Shown piece by piece: positions 36,190 to 43,512 of a DNA stretch of 47,623 nt (positions are counted from its first letter, which is position 1; every line of letters begins with the position of its first letter). This DNA is from a virus (taxonomy: Duplodnaviria > Heunggongvirae > Uroviricota > Caudoviricetes): IMG/VR virus record IMGVR_UViG_2541047842_000006, one strand, 5' to 3'. A program made the translations under genes and the position numbers. The notes below the pieces were generated by a model that had not been told where the DNA came from, ran no database searches, and saw only the letters and a program-made list of their open reading frames with translations.

Positions 36190-36345
36190 TTACTCCTCAG
36201 GTTCGTAAGCTGTGAAGACAGCGACCTCCGTCTGGCCGGTTCGGATTCGTACCTCGCAGAGGTCTTTCCTCGTTACCAGTGCCGTCACTATGACGGTTAA
36301 ACAGATGACGATCAGGGCGATTAACATCGCCTTTTGCTGCTTCAT
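36190..36345 (-). CDS. hokD: Hok-family membrane toxin (HokD/RelF-like)
   Basis: 51 aa MKQQKAMLIALIVICLTVIVTALVTRKDLCEVRIRTGQTEVAVFTAYEPEE; longer overlapping frame is mok-like. Confidence 0.85.
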   Translation of the reverse strand: MKQQKAMLIALIVICLTVIVTALVTRKDLCEVRIRTGQTEVAVFTAYEPEE

Positions 36346-37019
36346 AGCCTGCTTCTCCTTGCCTTTCGGCTCGTAAGAGGCTAACCTACATGTGTCTAGC
36401 ATGAAATTGGCCTCAGATTAATGTTAAGCGTCTTGCAGGACGCGTAATGTTAACTGGGGCTTTTCTCTATCTGCCTTTGGTGTTCATGCCCGAGGCAGAT
36501 AGCCTCAAGCACCCGCAGCCATTCTACTTAACTACCGTTACCTCGCCAATATGAAATCAGTCAGAAAGGCGATCCATAAGAACAATAGCAAGACAATAAA
36601 TCGCCATTACAGCCGTAATAGCCAGCGCACATTTGAGAACCAGCACCACAACCTCCTGTATTGGACGTAGACCAGTCCTGATGAATATGAGGCTGTCTCG
36701 TCAGTGATTCAATACAACTATTGGGTATAGTTTCTCTGATTTTTTCTGTGGAAATGGGGCACAACCACTAGTCACCACCAGCACTTCTTTTAATACGCAA
36801 AGTCCGACACAAGCTAACCTTCTAGTCCGCTTTGAGCGAAAAACAGCCATAATTTAGTGCCACGTATATAATGATAGAGCTATTCAAGCTAGCAATTCAC
36901 ATGTAAAAATTCAGAGGGTAGAAGCACATAGTTATAAATGTTGGCTCCATCGACAAATTGCGGTCTCAAGTACATTTATTAATGTTGCCCCCGCATTAAC
37001 AAATCATCAAGGTGACGAC

Positions 37020-38807
37020 ATGGACGATATTAATATCAGCCTCGACGAACTTAACACTATTGATTTATCCCCCTTAATCCAGAGTAAGCTGCCAGTTACC
37101 TGCTTTGATATCACAAAGTATCTTTCTAGCCTAGGTGATGGAAGAGCGGAGATAAGACTGCTAACCCATATTTGCGGTTTTCACTTTCGTCCCGAAAATC
37201 CACAGGTACCATTTGGTCCGTGCTTTCAAAGCAGCCAAGGTAGATCTGCAATTCCGGATGACATTAACGGGTTGTCGCTGGAGGTACTTTCTCAATTTTG
37301 CCCGACGATAGAGCTACCCGAACTTCAAGCTCGTATTGCTGATACACTTTGGGTTCGTAAAATTGGTGGAATCCGTTTTCCTTTGCTGGCAGTCCGTGCT
37401 TATTATGCGTCCAGTATAGCTATTATGACATCGCAAGGGACGTGGGTTAGTGCTTTAGAACGCCTAGAGCGTGCGCTTAGGCTGTGTTGTTTTTTTCGAA
37501 AGAATACTGATTTCAGGGATGAATTTGATCAGCTTTCGGCACATCTACTAGCAGAGTATGAACGTACCAGAGAACAAGGCGATTCACCTTATCCGCTGCG
37601 ACTCCTGCAACTCGATATCGACTGTAAAGTGAGTGAGCCATCTTTTATTGCCCAGGAACTCCTGTTTCTGACAAAAAACTATCTGGCTCAAAAATTATTT
37701 TCATTTGCCGTCGATGCCTGTAAAACCGCAATCACGATTGCGAATAGGTGCTGTGACAGAGATACACAGTTTGAATTCTGGCGGCTTCTTGCCGATACAC
37801 ATCTGGAAGAGTCAAAATTCCAAGATGGCGGTATGATTTCGGCAGCCTGCATGCAGAATGCTATTGAAGCACTGGCTAATATTCCAGGAACCCGAATAGA
37901 ACGTCTTGCGCTGTATGAAGAAATGCGTGATTACCAAATCGAATCCCGTCACCAGATGTCTATCCTTCAGTCTCCCCCTCAAGATATTAGTGAGATTGTC
38001 CATCAAGCCAAGAGTCGGGTAGTCGGAAGAGATATGTTTGATATGGTTTTCAGACTTGCGATGCTGGTCTGTCGGCCAACCAGCATTGAGAGACTTAAGG
38101 CTCAAGCAATAGAACAAAAGGCCAACAGCATAGCTTGGATGTTTGGATCAACACATATTGATCATGAGGGAATGACACTTGCTCGCATACCCGCAGGATT
38201 GGGGATTGATGATGCAAATGGGGCAGTTATTTGGCCCATAATGATGACGAGAATGCGTATCGACCATGAGTTGGCAGTAGCTGGGCAAATTATTCCTGCT
38301 ACAGATGAGATCACAATGAAATATCCAATCTCGGAGGCGTTTTTTCGCGATATGTTCATCAATCATCCCTTCATCCCGTTTGGGCATGAAGAGTTTTTCA
38401 TCAAGGGTATGGTTTGCGGTTTCAATGGAGATTTTATGACGGCATGCCACGTGTTGATTCCCCAGATCGAAAATAGTCTGAGATATGTGGCTAAAATTAA
38501 AGGTGAGGAACCATCGCAGCTTCACGGGGACGGTTCGCAAGAGCGAAATGGACTCAAGGGATTACTAGATAATCCACTGATTATTGAAGCTTTCGGCGTA
38601 GACATAATTGGCAATCTTCAGGCCTTACTGGTAGATAAAATCTATGGTGATTTACGAAATCAACTAGCTCACGGATATGTGCCTGCCGGTTACTACAATC
38701 AACCTCCCTGCATTTTTGCATGGTGGCTTGTATTGCACATTCTAATGAACCCTACGGCGAGATACTGGCAAGCCACTTATGGCCAAGAGAGTGAGGCTCA
38801 GACTTAA
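37020..38807 (+). CDS. orphan 595-aa protein with C-terminal RNxxxH (HEPN-like) motif; candidate abortive-infection/defence protein
   Basis: long ORF with good RBS (AAGGTGACGACATG), opposite strand to neighbours, AT-richer than flanks; C-terminal ...GDLRNQLAHGY fits the HEPN R-x4-H signature; no Walker or other recognised motif. Confidence 0.55.
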   Translation: MDDINISLDELNTIDLSPLIQSKLPVTCFDITKYLSSLGDGRAEIRLLTHICGFHFRPENPQVPFGPCFQSSQGRSAIPDDINGLSLEVLSQFCPTIELPELQARIADTLWVRKIGGIRFPLLAVRAYYASSIAIMTSQGTWVSALERLERALRLCCFFRKNTDFRDEFDQLSAHLLAEYERTREQGDSPYPLRLLQLDIDCKVSEPSFIAQELLFLTKNYLAQKLFSFAVDACKTAITIANRCCDRDTQFEFWRLLADTHLEESKFQDGGMISAACMQNAIEALANIPGTRIERLALYEEMRDYQIESRHQMSILQSPPQDISEIVHQAKSRVVGRDMFDMVFRLAMLVCRPTSIERLKAQAIEQKANSIAWMFGSTHIDHEGMTLARIPAGLGIDDANGAVIWPIMMTRMRIDHELAVAGQIIPATDEITMKYPISEAFFRDMFINHPFIPFGHEEFFIKGMVCGFNGDFMTACHVLIPQIENSLRYVAKIKGEEPSQLHGDGSQERNGLKGLLDNPLIIEAFGVDIIGNLQALLVDKIYGDLRNQLAHGYVPAGYYNQPPCIFAWWLVLHILMNPTARYWQATYGQESEAQT

Positions 38808-39025
38808 AGTGAATAAGTTTACGAAGTTGGCACTTCCGGATGCATGTCCATATGAGTTGAGGCGATTTGGTTAATAAGGTTGAGTGCTGCTGAAATTATT
38901 CGATGTCCGCTTTTGGCACAAAGCGGACAACCACGCCAGATCTACCCTGTGCCATGAAAAATGAGAATGTCAATTCACTCCTGAACTAATGCTTTTTAAT
39001 CTAGTAACGTCTAAAATACCTAACA

Positions 39026-39427
39026 TTATCCCTGATAAAATGCCAGTATGCGCTGCATAACTTCACTCATCCGGCACTCGCGACAGATTATGTTTAGGCG
39101 ACTGTCGTAGCGACGTATTTCTCCATCAGGTAACGACCAGATAAGGTCCGGATCAACCACAGCTGTTTTCTTCACCTTTGCCCTCGAGAGTTTTTTGCGG
39201 GCGTTTTGCCAGTCCTTACGCGCCTGTTCAGACGGGAATAACCCGTAGCCGGAGTTGTATACATCGCCACTGGCTACCAGCTCTCTGGCAAGAACGCTCA
39301 TCAGATATCTAGTCGCACCTGTTTTAGCTTCCAGTTGCCGTAACGTCTCACGACCGCTCTGGCGCACGAGTTCCACCACCTGCCCTTTAATTTTTTCCCG
39401 CTCTTCTTGTGTAAAAACTTTTGCCAC
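39026..39427 (-). CDS. hypothetical protein downstream of replication initiator
   Basis: 133-aa ORF, basic/helical N-terminus; convergent with the 595-aa gene. Confidence 0.45.
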   Translation of the reverse strand: MAKVFTQEEREKIKGQVVELVRQSGRETLRQLEAKTGATRYLMSVLARELVASGDVYNSGYGLFPSEQARKDWQNARKKLSRAKVKKTAVVDPDLIWSLPDGEIRRYDSRLNIICRECRMSEVMQRILAFYQG

Positions 39428-39467
39428 AAGTCCCCCTTAAAATTACCTCATGACCTGAAATCAAAAC

Positions 39468-40433
39468 TTATCCTCTGAAACCAGGCGGAATTTCTGTATC
39501 CGGTTCAGAAATATGATTAACACAACGCTGTACAGGTGAACGCCCCAGGCGGATGACCAGTTCGTCCCATTTTTCGCGGAGCTTTGACGGGCTCATGATG
39601 TTTTTTACCCAGAATGGATCCCGCTGTACCCGACCAAACATTTCACAAATTTGTCTGTGGCTTCTGCCATCCAGCATCCGCATTGTGCGCACATCATTGG
39701 CCCAGACAGTCCAGTTAGGCTCTTTTGGTCGCATGATCTCGCCATCATCACTGGCGGCCTGTTCGTAGAGACCCACGATCCGCCCCCATATCCACTGCGC
39801 ACACGCCAGATCCTCCTGGCTACCCCACTGGCGTTTTTTCGCACTAAACACAACTGCGCCAGGGTGCCGGATTAAAAAATCCTGTTCAGCCGTCTGCGGG
39901 TCCGGTTGCGAAGCTTCCGGACGAAAAGTGTTTTTATTCTCTGTAGTAATCTCTGTTGTATTCTCTGTAGGATCATCGGGCCATTTTGACCCGATGACAT
40001 TGGGTCGTTTTGAACCAATGGAGCGTTTCATTTTGACCTCTTCCATCGTGTCATTTTGACCTGATGGAGCGGCGCATTTTGAACCGATGGATTCGCTCAA
40101 TTTGCCATCATCTAAAAGCTCGCTTCCATAGTTAATCGTGTAGAAATTGGTCATATCGCGCTTTGATTTATTGAGCTTTTCACAACGCAAAAGCCCCAGC
40201 GTTTTCAGACTTGCAAACGCGCGCTTTAACGTTGACTCTGACCAGAATGGGAACTGTTCCAGCCATTGTTCCGTTGTGTTGTAAATCCAGCGAACACCAT
40301 CACATTCCATGCCGGAATTGGTATCTCTCAACCAGTAATGCAACTGCTGCAACACAATGGCTTCATTTAAGCCAATCTTCATCGCAAGCTGTGTGTTTAT
40401 AACCAGTGGGCGTTCAGCAAAAAGAAGGCTCAT
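39468..40433 (-). CDS. replication initiator (lambda O-like replisome organiser) carrying the origin iterons
   Basis: ORF 39468..40487; N-terminal domain (MSLLFAERPLVINTQLAMKIGLNEAIVLQQLHYWL), central region encoded by DNA iterons (repeated IGSK peptide), then AT-rich tract. Confidence 0.65.
   Translation of the reverse strand: MSLLFAERPLVINTQLAMKIGLNEAIVLQQLHYWLRDTNSGMECDGVRWIYNTTEQWLEQFPFWSESTLKRAFASLKTLGLLRCEKLNKSKRDMTNFYTINYGSELLDDGKLSESIGSKCAAPSGQNDTMEEVKMKRSIGSKRPNVIGSKWPDDPTENTTEITTENKNTFRPEASQPDPQTAEQDFLIRHPGAVVFSAKKRQWGSQEDLACAQWIWGRIVGLYEQAASDDGEIMRPKEPNWTVWANDVRTMRMLDGRSHRQICEMFGRVQRDPFWVKNIMSPSKLREKWDELVIRLGRSPVQRCVNHISEPDTEIPPGFRG
39937..40112. repeat. origin-like iterons: ~6 copies of CATTTTGA(C/A)C..GATGG at ~23-bp spacing plus 3 x TCTCTGTAG, followed by an AT-rich tract
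   Basis: read directly inside the O-like gene. Confidence 0.6.
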
Positions 40434-40935
40434 AATTCCATCCAGCTTTTTGTTGGTATTGCTGTCGATACGCAAGTTTGAAAGCAATTGCTTTTTCTAT
40501 AAGTTCGTCAGTTTCACGATCCACTACGGCAGGATCAGCAAAAAGCAGTCCGGACTCCACCACATCGCCATATTCTTTGTTTAACCCGGCGATCATGTAC
40601 GTGATGCTTTTTCCGTCACTAATTTCACGATACAACCTGAAATCATTAATCCGGATAGCCTCCATAATTGCAGGCACTAGCGCCGTGAACTTTTCACGCT
40701 TATCCCTGGTGTCGATAGCCTTCCAGCGTTCGAATATCTTCACTCGATTAACGCCAAGCGCTCGCTGATCAACCGCGCCACCTTCATCTGTGACACGCTG
40801 AACATCGATGTTCGGGCGCTCTTTCAAAGCCCAGAATGCTTCAGTGATTAATATCGTCGCCTGCTCCTGTGTCATTCCTGGTCGACATATCCAGGCATCC
40901 AGAGCCTCACGAGCCTGTTCAGGAGTGATTTTCAT
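40414..40935 (-). CDS. hypothetical early-region protein (cII/YdaT position)
   Basis: 173-aa ORF between cro-like gene and replication initiator. Confidence 0.4.
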   Translation of the reverse strand: MKITPEQAREALDAWICRPGMTQEQATILITEAFWALKERPNIDVQRVTDEGGAVDQRALGVNRVKIFERWKAIDTRDKREKFTALVPAIMEAIRINDFRLYREISDGKSITYMIAGLNKEYGDVVESGLLFADPAVVDRETDELIEKAIAFKLAYRQQYQQKAGWNYEPSFC

Positions 40936-41146
40936 TGTTCAACCGCCCCGCCCGCTTCGTCTTACGATATTCGTCATAAACCTTGGGATCATACAGAAGC
41001 TCGCCGCCAGATGCCTCCTGTAGACGCATCGCGCGACCTTCAGGAACCAGCTCTTGCCATTGAGAAACAGCAGATGGGTCAACGCCAGCAGCTTTCGCTA
41101 CTTTGGCTTTCGTACCGTAAAAATTAATTACGTCTGATTTAAACAT
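40919..41146 (-). CDS. Cro-like HTH regulator (DicC-like)
   Basis: 75 aa from internal Met (MFKSDVINFYGTKAKVAKAAGVDPSAVSQW...); divergent from the repressor gene. Confidence 0.7.
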   Translation of the reverse strand: MFKSDVINFYGTKAKVAKAAGVDPSAVSQWQELVPEGRAMRLQEASGGELLYDPKVYDEYRKTKRAGRLNNENHS

Positions 41147-41159
41147 CGCACCTCCAGTA

Positions 41160-41173
41160 TTGAGTTTTCTCAA
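41160..41173. promoter_or_regulatory. candidate operator palindrome TTGAGTTTTCTCAA in the divergent cro/repressor intergenic region
   Basis: perfect 5-bp inverted repeat with 4-bp spacer between the two divergent starts. Confidence 0.4.
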
Positions 41174-41223
41174 TGCTAATCACTCAAGGAATCTCAAGTC
41201 AAGGGTTATTAAGATATCTAAAT

Positions 41224-41631
41224 ATGAACGAGAAAACTTTAGGTCAACGCATTAGAGAAAGACGTAAGCAGGTAGGTTTAAGTCAAAACGGTTTAAGCAA
41301 AGCTGCTGGCGTATCTGGCTCATCAATTTCATTATGGGAAAGTGACCATACAGCCCCGCGCGGGCAAAATTTGCATCGCCTCGCCGAGGTATTGCAATGT
41401 TCACCAACCTGGATACTGTTTGGCGACGAGGACAAAACACCAGCTCCCCCTGTTTCACTCGATAGTGCCTTAGACTTATCGGAAGATGAGTTAGAGATGC
41501 TGCGTTTGTATCGCGCACTTCCTAAATCAGAGCAACAAGCACAACTCAGCGAACTCCGCGCCCGCGTTGAGAATTTTAATCGCCTGTTCACCGAGCTATT
41601 AGAGGCTCGCAAACGCAACAAGCATCAATAA
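41224..41631 (+). CDS. XRE-family HTH repressor (DicA-like)
   Basis: 135 aa from internal Met (MNEKTLGQRIRERRKQVGLSQNGLSKAAGVSGSSISLWESD...NLHRLAEVLQCSPTWILFGDEDK); recalled similarity to DicA. Confidence 0.85.
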   Translation: MNEKTLGQRIRERRKQVGLSQNGLSKAAGVSGSSISLWESDHTAPRGQNLHRLAEVLQCSPTWILFGDEDKTPAPPVSLDSALDLSEDELEMLRLYRALPKSEQQAQLSELRARVENFNRLFTELLEARKRNKHQ

Positions 41632-41823
41632 TCATCCCTTCACAAAATTTTAAAGCCTTACATTTCAATGTATTGGCTTTATCTTGCGCCAATACTTGAG
41701 TTTTCTCATCAAAAAGCCTTGGCGAAAAATAATGAGAAAACTAAATTACCTCCATCAACACACCGCACGGTGTTCTCAGCAAACAGTTCCGCTACCCCGG
41801 CGTTAAGGGGAAATGAGGTCAGC

Positions 41824-41979
41824 ATGGATACTATCGATCTTGGCAACAACGAATCTCTGGTGTACGGCGTGTTTCCAAACCAGGACGGCACGTTCACCGC
41901 AATGACGTATACCAAAAGCAAAACGTTTAAAACCGAAAATGGTGCCCGTCGCTGGCTGGAAAGAAACTCAGGTGAGTGA
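41824..41979 (+). CDS. small protein YdfA-like
   Basis: 51 aa from MDTIDLGNNESLVYGVFPNQDGTFTAMTYTKSKTFKTENGARRWL...; RBS GAGGT upstream. Confidence 0.6.
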   Translation: MDTIDLGNNESLVYGVFPNQDGTFTAMTYTKSKTFKTENGARRWLERNSGE

Positions 41980-41980
41980 T

Positions 41981-42556
41981 ATGGATTTCGACACAATCAT
42001 GGAAAAGGCTTACGAAGAATACTTCGAAGGCCTTGCCGAAGGCGAAGAAGCTCTCAGCTTCAGTGAGTTTAAACAGGCACTCAGAATAAGAATGCGCTCT
42101 CACAATGACGCGGAGCACAAATATGAGAAGCAAAATCAGACCGCAGAAAATTTTGTTCTGGAACCCGGAGAAACGCTTTTCAAAATTCCCGTTACGTGCC
42201 CCATTTGCGGTTTTACATCAGAAGAACTTGACGACTCCTGTAACAATCAGGAAACAACCAAGTATGTCGAAGATGATACCGAGTGCGCACGAAGAACGAT
42301 TATATCCACGAGTCCAAACTCCAGGACCAATAAATCTCACTTTGAGAGGGTGATTAATCCACTCCCCCAAACCAATAAAAAAGATGCCGGAGGACAAAAA
42401 AACCAATGGAACAACGGGATATCTGTCAAAAAAAGACGTTCCATTAAAGACAAACAACGCAGCGCCAACAACTGTAAGCGCTTTATACCAGTAATCAATT
42501 TTCATGTTCTTAAGCGGATTTATTGGTGGTTGCGACATTGCTTAATGAATCCTTAA
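41981..42556 (+). CDS. YdfB/YdfC-like protein, single 191-aa reading frame with CPICG motif
   Basis: start overlaps ydfA stop (TGATATG); N-terminus MDFDTIMEKAYEEYFEGLAEGEEALSFSEFKQALRIRMRSHND. Confidence 0.5.
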   Translation: MDFDTIMEKAYEEYFEGLAEGEEALSFSEFKQALRIRMRSHNDAEHKYEKQNQTAENFVLEPGETLFKIPVTCPICGFTSEELDDSCNNQETTKYVEDDTECARRTIISTSPNSRTNKSHFERVINPLPQTNKKDAGGQKNQWNNGISVKKRRSIKDKQRSANNCKRFIPVINFHVLKRIYWWLRHCLMNP

Positions 42557-42815
42557 AACTGTGGTGATTTTAAGGATACCACCTCGCCTGACGTGGTTAA
42601 AAGCAGGCACACAACACGAAAGCGCACGGCGAAGTTCGTCTCACTGTACGGTGTCGTCAAATTTAATTCGACCGTGCGCTTCCGGTTGTGGCAACCCGCG
42701 AAATGGCGCGGCGGTAAGTATGGCGGGGTTATTCCTTCCCCGTTGAGGACACCGAGTTGTCAGGTTGACCATACGCTTAAGCGACAACCCCGCTGCAACG
42801 CCCTCTGTTATCAAT

Positions 42816-42873
42816 TTTCTGGTGACGTTTGGCGGTATCAGTTTTACTCCGTGACTGCTCTGCCGCCGTTTTT
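42816..42873 (+). ncRNA. dicF: DicF antisense sRNA (cell-division inhibitor, targets ftsZ mRNA)
   Basis: TTTCTGGTGACGTTTGGCGGTATCAGTTTTACTCCGTGACTGCTCTGCCGCC then TTTTT matches recalled DicF; between ydfB/C and dicB as in K-12. Confidence 0.8.
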
Positions 42874-43042
42874 AAAGTGAATTTTGTGATGCGGTGAATG
42901 CGGCTAAGCGCACGCGGAACAGTTAAAACCAAAAACAGTGTTATGGGTGGATTCTCTGTATCCGGCGTTAATTGTTAACTGGTTAACGTCACCTGGAGGC
43001 ACCAGGCACTGCATCACAAAATTCATTGTTGAGGACGCGATA

Positions 43043-43231
43043 ATGAAAACGTTATTACCAAACGTTAATACGTCTGAAGGTTGTTTTGAAATTGGTGTCA
43101 CTATCAGTAACCCTGTATTTACTGAAGATGCCATTAACAAGAGAAAACAAGAACGGGAGCTATTAAATAAAATATGCATTGTTTCAATGCTGGCTCGTTT
43201 ACGTCTGATGCCAAAAGGATGTGCACAATGA
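43043..43231 (+). CDS. dicB: cell division inhibitor DicB
   Basis: 62 aa MKTLLPNVNTSEGCFEIGVTISNPVFTEDAINKRKQERELLNKICIVSMLARLRLMPKGCAQ. Confidence 0.9.
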   Translation: MKTLLPNVNTSEGCFEIGVTISNPVFTEDAINKRKQERELLNKICIVSMLARLRLMPKGCAQ

Positions 43232-43419
43232 ATTCAGCATTTGCGCTTGTTCTGACAGTTTTTCTTGTTTCCGGAGAGCCAGTTGATATTGCAGTCAGTG
43301 TTCACAGGACAATGCAGGAGTGTATGACTGCAGCAACCGAACAGAAAATTCCCGGTAACTGTTACCCGGTCGATAAAGTTATTCACCAGTATAATATCGA
43401 AATCCCGGCAGGTCTTTAA
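43228..43419 (+). CDS. ydfD: small lysis/membrane protein YdfD
   Basis: 63 aa MNSAFALVLTVFLVSGEPVDIAVSVHRTMQECMTAATEQ...; start overlaps dicB stop (ATGA). Confidence 0.85.
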   Translation: MNSAFALVLTVFLVSGEPVDIAVSVHRTMQECMTAATEQKIPGNCYPVDKVIHQYNIEIPAGL

Positions 43420-43512
43420 AACAGTTCCGTAATAAATATCCGGTTTCATTCTTATATGCCAGCAATGGCAGGGATTTGTTCATCCTTAAATCTGTCATGA
43501 GGTTAAAACAAA

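Noticed and set aside
36561-36764. 67-aa Cys/Gly-rich ORF between hokD and the 595-aa gene
   Set aside because: No RBS seen and low-complexity composition; RelE/RelB-like sequence was looked for here and not found
37812-38540. 101-aa and 130-aa minus-strand ORFs inside the 595-aa gene
   Set aside because: Antisense and nested within a longer, better-supported ORF with an RBS; no independent support
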